The notes under the pieces are model-generated. The model did no database searches. It saw only the letters and a program-made list of their open reading frames with translations, and was not told the DNA's origin. A program made the position numbers and the translations under genes. Shown here one piece after another: positions 31,436-39,900 of a DNA stretch of 64,000 bases. Each line of letters begins with the position of its first letter. Within the stretch, counting starts at the first letter, position 1. This DNA comes from an uncultured Gemmatimonadales bacterium (GTDB lineage: Bacteria > Gemmatimonadota > Gemmatimonadetes > Gemmatimonadales > GWC2-71-9): the NCBI GenBank assembly GCA_963728915.1, contig CAVSLV010000001.1, positions 928,001-992,000 on the forward strand, in the 5' to 3' direction.

Positions 31436-33343
31436 GTGCGCTTGCTGCGAGCTGCCGTCGTGCTCTTCCTCGTCGCCGGATGCGGAGGCTCCTCCGAGCC
31501 CACCCCGCCGCCGGCGCCACCACCGCCACCACCGCCGCCGCCAGCACCTGCGCCGGTGGGAAGCGTCCTCCTTTCGCCGACCAGTGCGACGCTGGTGCCG
31601 CAGCAGACCCTCCCCATCGCAGCCACCGTGCTGGATGCGACCGGGAGCCTGCTCACCGGACGGACCGTGACGTGGAGCTCCAGCGCGGCGGCCGTCGCGA
31701 GCGTGAGCAGCAGCGGCCTGGTTACAGCGCTCACAGCGGGCACGGCGCCGATCATCGCCACCAGCGAAGGGAAGAGCAGCACCGCGACGATCACGGTGAA
31801 TGACGGTCTCTTCGTCGGTCCCGCGGGAGGCCAGACGACCGCAGGCTCGGGAAGCGTTACCCTCACTATCCCTCCCCAGGCCCTCACCACGAATACCGCG
31901 ATCGGGATCGCGTTCTTCGCCGCTCCGCCCGATCCGAAATTCGTTTCCGGCACGGCGTACCAATTCGGTCCGGATGGAACCCAGTTCGCCCAGCCGGTGA
32001 CCATCCGGATCCACTATACGACGGCCCAGGCGGCGGGTCTCGATCCCTCGTTGTTCCGGCTGGGCCGGCTGGTCGGGAATACCTGGACCGAGCTCCCGGG
32101 AAGCTCCGTGGAGGTCGCGACCCAATCCGTCACGGGACAAACCAGCAGCTTCAGTATCTATGGGATCGTGCTCGCCGCGGCTCCGGTTGCCACCGTGACC
32201 GTGGCGCCACCATCCAGCTCCCTGTCGATCGGCGGCACAGTGCAGCTCACCGCGACTCTCCGCGATGCCGCGCAGAATGTGCTGGTCGACCGGAGTGTGG
32301 CCTGGACGTCGAGTAACCCGTCCGTCGCGAGCGTCGGTCCAGGCACCGGGCTGGTGACCGCCAATGCGGTCGGTGGTCCGGTCACGATCACCGCGACCAG
32401 CGAGACGATCAACGGCACCGCCCAGGTCACTGTCAGCGCCCCGGTGCAGACGGTCACCGTCGCTCCGACCCCGAGCACGCTTCAGATCGGCGAGACCCTC
32501 CAGCTCAGCGCGACACTGCGAGATGCCGGGAACAACATCCTGAGCGATCGTCCCGTGACGTGGGCGTCAACCGATGTGGCGATCGCGACCGTCTCCAGTA
32601 CCGGACTGGTGACGGCGCTGAGCTCGGGCGGTCCGATCACCATCACGGCCACGAGCGAGGGGAAGGTCGGCGCGGCGCAGGTCACGGTCGCTTCGGCGCC
32701 GGTCGCGTCCGTGGATCTCATCGGCCCCACCCGGGTCAAGGTGGGAGACAACTATCTGTTTAGCGCCGTAGCCAGAGATGCCCAAGGCAATGAGCTCGCC
32801 AAGATGATCACCTGGAGCATCCTCGAAACCGGGAAAGGCACCATGTCCAGTGCAGGCCTGCTGGTGCCTTCTCAGACCGGGACCATCACCATCCGAATGG
32901 TGATCGACGGGGTCAACTGGGACCGGGCGATCACCGCGTATGACTGGGTCACCAATGGGTTGACGTTGACTCTCCCCGCCGACAACGAAGTGAGTAATCA
33001 GAGCGGGGTGTCGGAGCTCCCGATCCTGAACATTTCGTGCAGCGGAGGCACATTCCAGGTTTGGGTGAGCACCACGGGCTTCATCACGGCGAGCGGGGTG
33101 GTTCAGTACACCATCGATAGCGGAGGAAAGATTACCGAGACGTGGGTACAGATCGATGCCAACCACTCACTGCGCTACCCGGGGGCGACCAACGCCGCTC
33201 AGAAGACCTTCGCGCAGAGCCTGGCCTCGGCGCATCTCTTCGGATGGCTCTTCACCGAGGCCGGCGCCGGTGGACACGGCGTGTCGTTCCGGGTCACGGG
33301 GCTGAACGCGATTCTGGGACCGGTGACGGCGGGGTGCCCCTGA
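31436..33343 (+). CDS. Surface lipoprotein with Ig-like (Big_2) repeats and a ZU5-like segment
   Basis: Lipobox LVAGC, poly-Pro linker, repeated VTW.S....VA.V...GLVTA..G...ITATSE, and GPDGTQFAQPVTI. Confidence 0.85.
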   Translation: MRLLRAAVVLFLVAGCGGSSEPTPPPAPPPPPPPPPAPAPVGSVLLSPTSATLVPQQTLPIAATVLDATGSLLTGRTVTWSSSAAAVASVSSSGLVTALTAGTAPIIATSEGKSSTATITVNDGLFVGPAGGQTTAGSGSVTLTIPPQALTTNTAIGIAFFAAPPDPKFVSGTAYQFGPDGTQFAQPVTIRIHYTTAQAAGLDPSLFRLGRLVGNTWTELPGSSVEVATQSVTGQTSSFSIYGIVLAAAPVATVTVAPPSSSLSIGGTVQLTATLRDAAQNVLVDRSVAWTSSNPSVASVGPGTGLVTANAVGGPVTITATSETINGTAQVTVSAPVQTVTVAPTPSTLQIGETLQLSATLRDAGNNILSDRPVTWASTDVAIATVSSTGLVTALSSGGPITITATSEGKVGAAQVTVASAPVASVDLIGPTRVKVGDNYLFSAVARDAQGNELAKMITWSILETGKGTMSSAGLLVPSQTGTITIRMVIDGVNWDRAITAYDWVTNGLTLTLPADNEVSNQSGVSELPILNISCSGGTFQVWVSTTGFITASGVVQYTIDSGGKITETWVQIDANHSLRYPGATNAAQKTFAQSLASAHLFGWLFTEAGAGGHGVSFRVTGLNAILGPVTAGCP

Positions 33344-33363
33344 GGAGAGACAGCCGGAAAGAG

Positions 33364-33446
33364 TGCCCGAGGCGAGAGTCGAACTCGCACGGGGTTGCCC
33401 CCGGCGGATTTTGAGTCCGCTGCGTCTGCCATTCCGCCACTCGGGC
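33364..33446 (-). tRNA. tRNA-Leu(CAA), CCA not encoded
   Basis: GCCCGAG acceptor stem, GGCGGAATGGCAGACGC D arm, GCGGA-CTCAAAA-TCCGC anticodon arm, long variable arm, GTTCGA T loop. Confidence 0.97.
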
Positions 33447-33485
33447 GATCCGGGGATCTAGTCTATTCTAACAAAGAATCCTCTC

Positions 33486-33505
33486 CGAGGAGGCCTGACT
33501 CCTCG
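33486..33505. terminator. Hairpin downstream of the small membrane ORF
   Basis: CGAGGAG-gcctga-CTCCTCG stem-loop; no clear U tract. Confidence 0.35.
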
Positions 33506-33510
33506 CCTCA

Positions 33511-33660
33511 CTACGGGAGTTGGCGGATGACCTTCCAGACCGCGATCAGGACCCACGTGACCAGCACGGCGACAAACACGGCCCTGATCCTCGCCTCGAG
33601 CCAGTCACCAGGTGGCGCGGGGACGTGCGGTGCCTCTAGACCGCGTGGATCGCGATTCAA
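33511..33660 (-). CDS. 49-aa single-TM peptide (not in ORF track)
   Basis: TTG start with GAGG upstream, 7 nt after the preceding stop; MNRDPRGLEAPHVPAPPGDWLEARIRAVFVAVLVTWVLIAVWKVIRQLP. Confidence 0.55.
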   Translation of the reverse strand: MNRDPRGLEAPHVPAPPGDWLEARIRAVFVAVLVTWVLIAVWKVIRQLP

Positions 33661-33667
33661 CCGACCC

Positions 33668-35611
33668 TCAATGGGGTGGCTCATCGTCATACCACCTCCG
33701 CCACAGCAGCGTGGCCTGCGTCACCACAGAATCCACCGGCGCGCTCCGGAAATACGTCTCGCGGCGGATGCAACTCGCCAGGGCGGCCCGCGCCTCTGCA
33801 TCGTCGCCGTGCGCATGGTGGATGCGGGCCAGCAACAGCCGCGGCCGAAGCCGGTCTGGGTAACTGGCCGCAGCCGTTCGGGCGTTCCTCTCGGCGGGCT
33901 CGAGCCAGCCCACCTCGAGCTGGGCCTCGGCGAGGGCCAGCCGGATGTACGAGCCGTGGCTGTCCAACTCCCCGAGACCTTCCTGCAGCATGCTCACCGC
34001 CTGCCCCGGCTGGCCGGCCGCAAGCAGGTCGATGCCGAGCTCGTGGCTAAGGCTCGGCTCCGAAGGCAGCCGATGGTGCGCGCGCATCAGCAGCTCCAGT
34101 CTTCCCACCGCACCGCCACGCAGAGCCTTCTCCCAGAGCTGGTAGCCGGGATATTCGCACGCCGTCTTGACGACAACCAGCGCGGCCCACCCTACCCCGA
34201 CCGCCATCGCCAGCTTCCTGGCCCGCTTTCGCCCGAAGTTGGCTCGCAGCAGAGCCGGCGCGGGGATCAGCCCGAACGCCAAGTGGGCGGTCACCAGCGT
34301 GGCCACCCATTGCAGGGCACCATCGACGAGCGAATGCACCAGGATCGCGACGAGCAGAGCCAGCAGTCCCCAGCCAAGCGCCGAAGTTTCTTCGCCTCGT
34401 GCGAGTGCGCGCACGAGGAAACCCAGCGCGCATGCCCAGAGCAGCACATAGAGTGCACCGCCCGGCAGGCCACGCTCGGCCAGTTGGTGAAATAGCTCGC
34501 TGTTAGGCTGTTCCCGCCCGACCGCCTGGTGATCGAACTTCGCGTAGCCCGGCTGGCGCCAGAACTCCGCCTGGTAGCGACTCCATTCCAGACCGAACCG
34601 ACCGGTACCGACTCCGGTGAGCGGCCGATCGGCCAGCATGGCGCCCGAGATCTCCCAGGCAATGAGCCGCCCGCGGCCGGAGTCCGGGTTAAGTCGGTTT
34701 AGCACAATACCGGCGAGCGGGACCGCAACCAACACTGCCAATCCTGCGACCAGAGCGCGGCGTCCCCGCCCTCGAATGCCGGCGATCACCCGCCCGCCGG
34801 CCGCGGCTTGGCCGGCCGTTCCCAGTAGCGGTCGCAACGAGAGCACTAGCAGGCAGGCTGCAAAGAGTCCGAGAAGGGCGCCGCGGCTGCCGTTGCCGAG
34901 CAGAGCAACCAGCTGCAGGAGGGCCGCGCCCGCTAACAGCAGGCGCACTCGGCGCCGACGTGCTTGCGCGGCCGAGGCCAGCGCCGCGATGATCCCCACC
35001 GCCATGAACGCTCCGAAGCCGTTCGGGGTACCGATGACAGAGGTCACGGAGGTCTTCGCGCCGCCCTCCGGCTGGAAGCCACCAGCCGCAAGCGCCTGGG
35101 CGAGGCCGTGGAGCGCCAGTGCGGAGCCCACGATCCAGAGCGCGGCCATGAAATCCGCCAAGGCTCGCGTCCGAGGCGCAGGTTCGTCGGGCGGAGCCGC
35201 TTCGGGTTTTGGCAGGTTGAAGAGTTGCCGCACGACCACGGTGAGCAGGAACGCTGCCAGGGACGGCCAGAACCAGTTCCCTTCCCGCGTTGCGATCCAG
35301 TGGGGATTCACGATGACGCCCCAGAGGATATTCACCGCCAGGATGGCCTCGATTGCGGTGAAGCGCAGCCCACCGCCGCCCGCAGTCGGGCGGGGCGCCG
35401 CCCAGAGCAGGAGGGCGCCCGCCGAGGCCACGAGCAACGCGTAGACCTTGGGGGTCAGGTACGCCTCGTTGACAGCGGGATCGATCGCACACGCGGCGAG
35501 GGTCACTACCACGCCGAAGAAGCCGGCGGAGCCCAGCACTACCGGCCAAAGACCTGACCATCTGGCAGGCGGCCACAGCAACCTGCCTCGCGAGCTGCGG
35601 CGACCAGTCAC
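33668..35611 (-). CDS. O-antigen ligase / O-oligosaccharyltransferase (WaaL/PglL-like) with C-terminal TPR-like region
   Basis: Multiple TM helices; GTPNGFG, GSRGALLG, SGRGRLIAW...P.TGVGTGRF, LAERG; helical repeat tail. Confidence 0.8.
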   Translation of the reverse strand: MTGRRSSRGRLLWPPARWSGLWPVVLGSAGFFGVVVTLAACAIDPAVNEAYLTPKVYALLVASAGALLLWAAPRPTAGGGGLRFTAIEAILAVNILWGVIVNPHWIATREGNWFWPSLAAFLLTVVVRQLFNLPKPEAAPPDEPAPRTRALADFMAALWIVGSALALHGLAQALAAGGFQPEGGAKTSVTSVIGTPNGFGAFMAVGIIAALASAAQARRRRVRLLLAGAALLQLVALLGNGSRGALLGLFAACLLVLSLRPLLGTAGQAAAGGRVIAGIRGRGRRALVAGLAVLVAVPLAGIVLNRLNPDSGRGRLIAWEISGAMLADRPLTGVGTGRFGLEWSRYQAEFWRQPGYAKFDHQAVGREQPNSELFHQLAERGLPGGALYVLLWACALGFLVRALARGEETSALGWGLLALLVAILVHSLVDGALQWVATLVTAHLAFGLIPAPALLRANFGRKRARKLAMAVGVGWAALVVVKTACEYPGYQLWEKALRGGAVGRLELLMRAHHRLPSEPSLSHELGIDLLAAGQPGQAVSMLQEGLGELDSHGSYIRLALAEAQLEVGWLEPAERNARTAAASYPDRLRPRLLLARIHHAHGDDAEARAALASCIRRETYFRSAPVDSVVTQATLLWRRWYDDEPPH

Positions 35612-37473
35612 CGACGCTGTGCCGGATCCGCTACCGACAGGGAGTCCCGAAGGGCGCGTCCGGCTGCACCCCGGAAGCGGAGCGCCACGCTCCGGTGCAG
35701 GTCGGCCTCGACATCCTCGAAGTAGCCGCCGAGGTGCGTCGAGTAAGGCACCACGCGGTAACGCACGTCAAAACCTTTCCTGCGAACCTGCCCGACCCAC
35801 TCCTCCGTGCTTTCGCGGCTCACCACGGTATCCTCCTCGGCCTGCCAGACCAGCCAGTGCAGCCGTGGGCGGAGGAAGTGGAGGGAGTCCAGGGCGCGGG
35901 CCAGCTCGCGCTTGTCGTGGTACATCGCGGGCACGGCCAAGCCCAGCCAATCGATGGGCACCCGCGGGTTCTGCGCCATCTGGACCGCCTCGAGCGCGTG
36001 GCTGCTCCACGCCAGCATGCCAACCGCGCCAGTGTCGATGGCGAACACCGAGGCGACTTGGCGCGTGATTGCGGAGAGCTCCTTCACCGCGATGGTGTCG
36101 AAGTCGTGGACGCCTCCCAGGTGCGGCATGACCCCGAACGTGCCGTAGCTCGAGCTCATGGTGGCCAGGTGTACCAGGAAACCAGCCACCCTTCCCCGTC
36201 CGGCCCAGAAGTCGGGATTGACGAAGTGAGTCACAGAGAGCACAAGGCCTGGCCGGTCGGCAGGCGGATGGATGGGCGGTTCCACCGCTCCCGGGGGGAC
36301 CGTGAGCCAGTAGGGCTGCACCGAGCCGTCGGCAGCGCGATAGCCCCAGACCTGTGGGCCGGGGTACAGATGGAAGGAAGCCGGTTGCCGGACGTATCGG
36401 TAGAGCGAAGCGAGCACCTGGACCCTGAGCCAGTCGCCTGGATCGGCCCCGCGCGGCACCGGCCCCAGGTTGAAGACCGCACGCACCGCATCCACCCGGG
36501 CGGCGCGCACCGGGTCCGCGGTGGTCGTGTCAGTCGCAAGGGAACGCGCGAGACGCTGCGCGGTCGAGTCCGCGAAAATGGGACATTCCTCGAGGTACAG
36601 CCGCTGGCCAGTGGCGGCATCCAGCACTTCGGTCCGGAGCACGGCCTGGCCATGGAAACGCGCGGGCAGCGGCAGCGTATCCGGGTAGAGACCGGCGTAC
36701 CGCCCGCCGTCGGCCAGGCTGTCGCCCAGCAGCGTCCGCCAGCGGAAGTGCACGACCGGCCCGGGCCGAAGCCGGACCTGGGGCGGCCAGAGCTGGACTG
36801 TGGTCGCCGAGTCAGGCAGGAGTGGCGCGCGCACCAGGGTCGCATAAGCGCCGAGGTCAATGGACGCGCCGAGCAGGTCCGGGAGCGACGTCTGCGGGTG
36901 CCATTCCCGGTGCAACTGCGCGTCCACGCCGTTGTTCAATACCCGGTAGACCAAGAGGTTTGTGCCCCGGCGCAGCGAGGCCGTGTAGAGATCCTCGTGT
37001 TTGCGAACCCCTCGGCTGGCAAATCGGCTCGCGCCCAGCAGCGCGCCGTTCAGCCACACCACCGTCCCGCCGTTTGAGGCGATGCTGAGCAGGCTATCGT
37101 GGGCACTCTCCGCGCGCACGACCTCAAGCACATAGACGGAGCGCTTCTGGCCCTTCGGCGGCGCCGGGAAGTTGAGGTGCAACACGTCATCCCGCACCTT
37201 CGGCTCCGTCCACGAGATACCGGTGGCGACGGCGAGTCGGGCCTTGTCTGGAACCGTGTCTCGACCCAGCTGCGCAAGCAGCTGCGAGTCGGCCGCGAAC
37301 GGCGTCAATGGGGCGCACAGCGAGTCGGCTGCGGGGCATTGCGGCACCGCAGCGGAGACGTAGACGCGAACGGCCTGGCGGTGCCACGAGAGGAGGTTGC
37401 TGCAGGCCGGCAGCAGCAAGAGCGCGGCCGCCAAGACGCGGCTTCTCCAGCTCGAGGAGCTGGGTTGGGACAT
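35608..37473 (-). CDS. Hypothetical lipoprotein with a C-terminal alpha/beta-hydrolase-like domain
   Basis: Lipobox LPAC; VVWLNG..LRRGTNLL beta-sandwich-like segment; DGSVQPYW, IDTGAVGMLAWSS, WQAEEDTVV, STH. Confidence 0.65.
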   Translation of the reverse strand: MSQPSSSSWRSRVLAAALLLLPACSNLLSWHRQAVRVYVSAAVPQCPAADSLCAPLTPFAADSQLLAQLGRDTVPDKARLAVATGISWTEPKVRDDVLHLNFPAPPKGQKRSVYVLEVVRAESAHDSLLSIASNGGTVVWLNGALLGASRFASRGVRKHEDLYTASLRRGTNLLVYRVLNNGVDAQLHREWHPQTSLPDLLGASIDLGAYATLVRAPLLPDSATTVQLWPPQVRLRPGPVVHFRWRTLLGDSLADGGRYAGLYPDTLPLPARFHGQAVLRTEVLDAATGQRLYLEECPIFADSTAQRLARSLATDTTTADPVRAARVDAVRAVFNLGPVPRGADPGDWLRVQVLASLYRYVRQPASFHLYPGPQVWGYRAADGSVQPYWLTVPPGAVEPPIHPPADRPGLVLSVTHFVNPDFWAGRGRVAGFLVHLATMSSSYGTFGVMPHLGGVHDFDTIAVKELSAITRQVASVFAIDTGAVGMLAWSSHALEAVQMAQNPRVPIDWLGLAVPAMYHDKRELARALDSLHFLRPRLHWLVWQAEEDTVVSRESTEEWVGQVRRKGFDVRYRVVPYSTHLGGYFEDVEADLHRSVALRFRGAAGRALRDSLSVADPAQRR

Positions 37474-37570
37474 GGTTTTGCCGATCGGTTCAGGATGAAT
37501 ACTGCGTGGAAAGCTATATCGGATTGGACGCCTACGAGTCAAGCCGCACGCTCGCCGTGTGAGCGGCAAC

Positions 37571-37590
37571 CTCAGCAGCTTTTCGCTGAG
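37571..37590 (-). terminator. Hairpin just after the Spy-like gene
   Basis: CTCAGC-agcttttc-GCTGAG. Confidence 0.35.
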
Positions 37591-37598
37591 AGTTCCGC

Positions 37599-38102
37599 CT
37601 AGAACGGGAGCTGCCGGCCCGGTCGAGCCTGGCCCCGGCGCAACTCCTCGACCTGCATCATGAGCCGATCCCGCATCATCAGGTACTGCCCCCGCTGGAC
37701 CGGCGTCAGGAAGCCGGAGAGCTCACGCATCTCGTCCTGAAAGGTCTGGGCGAAGGCCACCCGCTGCGCGGTGAGCCCGTTCACCAGCTTCACCACGCTA
37801 TCGGAGTTCGCCGCGATTCCCGGGCGAAGCTGAAAACCCAGCGCCTGGCGCAGCTCGCGCTCCTCCTGCTCCAGAACCCGTCGCTTCTCCGCGACCATCG
37901 CCAGCACTCCGCGCAACCGGGAGGCTTGCTCCTCGTTGAGCCCCAGGGCTTCTCTCACCCGCTGGGCAAACCGCTGCTCGATCATCTGGCGCAGCTGTTC
38001 CGCCCGCCGGGGATTCAACGGGGGTGCGGTATCCTGCGCGGCGAGGACCGGAGCGCCAATCGACATCAGCAGAAAGAGCAGCCAGCCAGTCCTTCGCATC
38101 AT
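37599..38102 (-). CDS. Periplasmic Spy/CpxP-like helical protein
   Basis: Signal peptide; LGLNEEQ and LTPVQ (LTxxQ-like) motifs; ATGA overlap. Confidence 0.7.
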   Translation of the reverse strand: MMRRTGWLLFLLMSIGAPVLAAQDTAPPLNPRRAEQLRQMIEQRFAQRVREALGLNEEQASRLRGVLAMVAEKRRVLEQEERELRQALGFQLRPGIAANSDSVVKLVNGLTAQRVAFAQTFQDEMRELSGFLTPVQRGQYLMMRDRLMMQVEELRRGQARPGRQLPF

Positions 38103-38491
38103 CCCTCCAGCGAGCGCAACAAGCGCTCCAGGTTGGTGGAATCGAGCTCTTGCAGTGGGATCGTCTCCAGCGGCAGAGTCGAGGCGGTCACCGGCATGGA
38201 TCGGAGCAGCTCTTCCAACTGGTCCACACTCAGGGGATCGAGCTCCTGAAGCACCGAAGGTTGCTCCGCGGCGCGCTCGATCGGACGGCTCCCCGGCCCC
38301 AGTAGAAAACGCCCGGCCAGGAGCATCAGGGCGGCCGCCGCGGCCAGACCGACCAGCCACCGGACAGCACGGCGTCTGGCGGGGAACCCCAGCCGCGCCA
38401 CCACCTTGGCGGCTATCTGATCCGGGTCAACCGCCTCGGCGGGCGCCTGTCCGAGGGTCGCCGCCAGCCGCTCAATATCCTGTTCGGTCAT
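38099..38491 (-). CDS. Putative single-TM anti-sigma factor
   Basis: WLVGLAAAAALMLL TM segment; translationally coupled to the ECF sigma gene. Confidence 0.7.
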   Translation of the reverse strand: MTEQDIERLAATLGQAPAEAVDPDQIAAKVVARLGFPARRRAVRWLVGLAAAAALMLLAGRFLLGPGSRPIERAAEQPSVLQELDPLSVDQLEELLRSMPVTASTLPLETIPLQELDSTNLERLLRSLEG

Positions 38492-39036
38492 CCGAGCAAT
38501 TCCTTCAATCGTCGCACCGCATGGTGATAATGCACCCGCGCGGCCCCCGGCGTGGTGCCGAGCACCGCGCAGATCTCTTCGTACTCCAGTCCCTGCTGGG
38601 CGCGAAGCAGGAAGACCTCCCGCTGCATCCTGGGCAGCTCTCCGATCCCGCGACGAAGCCGCTCCTGCATGTCGCGGACGTTGGCCTCGCTTTCCGGACT
38701 TCCCGAAGCGGCAAGCTCCACCGTTTCCAGCTCCACCATGACGCGGCCTTTCTCCTTCCGAAACTGGTCCTTCCTCAGGTTCGAAGCGATCCGAAAGAGC
38801 CAGCCGCGAAAACTCGCTTCTCCCCGCCAGGACGAGAGCGCCCGAAACGCCTTGAAGAATGCCTCCTGCACCAGGTCGTCGAGGTCCTCGGCACGGGCTC
38901 CTGAGCCAAACAGGTACCGTGCCAGCGGGCCCGTATGCCGGCGCACCAGCACCGCTGCCGCGAGCTGATCGCCCACCCGGTACGCTGCGACGAGCTCCAC
39001 GTCCGACCTCGGGTCATCCCGGCTCATCGCTGGCAT
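38488..39036 (-). CDS. ECF RNA polymerase sigma factor
   Basis: DDLVQEAFFKAF, FRGWLFRIA, region 4 YEEICAVLG..GAARVHYHHA. Confidence 0.93.
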   Translation of the reverse strand: MPAMSRDDPRSDVELVAAYRVGDQLAAAVLVRRHTGPLARYLFGSGARAEDLDDLVQEAFFKAFRALSSWRGEASFRGWLFRIASNLRKDQFRKEKGRVMVELETVELAASGSPESEANVRDMQERLRRGIGELPRMQREVFLLRAQQGLEYEEICAVLGTTPGAARVHYHHAVRRLKELLG

Positions 39037-39197
39037 TCGCCGATTGAAGGACGTCCCGACCCGCAGGCTGTTAAGGTCAATGCGATAGCAACATTCTCCA
39101 CGGGGTGGAAATCCACGCTATCAAGACCTGTTGGCGATTTCGCTAAGCAACTGTCCACCATATGTTTGGATACTATCATCTCAAGTGAATCATTAAG

Positions 39198-39890
39198 GTG
39201 AAGCAGCCGCAGCCAAGGATAATCGCCCACCGCGGCGCTTCGGGAATCGCCCTGGAAAACTCCCTCGCGGCGTTTCAAGCCGCCCTTGAGGCCCGCGTTG
39301 ACGGCATCGAGTTGGACATCCACCTCAGCAGAACCGGAGACCTCGTGGTTCACCATGACCCCGATCTTCCGGGCATCGGTCCGATCGCCGGGATCGACCT
39401 CAAGGCGATTCGAGGTCAGCGGCTGTCCAACGGCGAACCCATTCCAACGCTCCGCGAGGTGCTCAACCTGCTCCTTCGGGGAAATCAGGAAGCACCCGAA
39501 GTCTGGATAGAGGTCAAGGCCCTTCCTGAAGCCGGCGATGCGACCCTTCTCGAATGCATTGCTGGATCGCCCCTGCCCCATCGGTGCGCCGTCCACAGCT
39601 TTGATCACCGGATCATCAAGCGCCTGGGCGCCCGGCACCCGACTCTCCGAGGGGGCGTCCTGTCGGCGTCCTACCCTCTTGATCCGGTCACGCCGGTCCT
39701 GGCGGCCGGCGCCGAGGCGCTCTGGCAGGAATGGCGTCTCATTGACGGACCGATGGTCGAGGCGATTCACCGGGCCGGCCGCGAGCTGATCGCCTGGACC
39801 GTCAACGAACGGGAGCCTGCGGTTGCCCTCGCCGAGTTGGGAGTGGACGCTTTGTGTGGGAACTGGCCCGATCGGCTCAAAGTTTGGTAA
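39198..39890 (+). CDS. Glycerophosphodiester phosphodiesterase
   Basis: IAHRGAS..ENS, ELDIH, HHD, IEVK, WTVN. Confidence 0.92.
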   Translation: MKQPQPRIIAHRGASGIALENSLAAFQAALEARVDGIELDIHLSRTGDLVVHHDPDLPGIGPIAGIDLKAIRGQRLSNGEPIPTLREVLNLLLRGNQEAPEVWIEVKALPEAGDATLLECIAGSPLPHRCAVHSFDHRIIKRLGARHPTLRGGVLSASYPLDPVTPVLAAGAEALWQEWRLIDGPMVEAIHRAGRELIAWTVNEREPAVALAELGVDALCGNWPDRLKVW

Positions 39891-39900
39891 CTTGCCCACC

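Noticed and set aside
33364..33446. tRNA-Leu as the attachment site of a prophage or ICE
   Set aside because: No integrase and no duplicated tRNA 3' end seen; the accessory operon lies on the 5' side of the tRNA
37513..37542. Sigma70 promoter for the lipoprotein-ligase operon (TTGACT ... TATAGC)
   Set aside because: The -10 match and spacing are too imperfect to support a call
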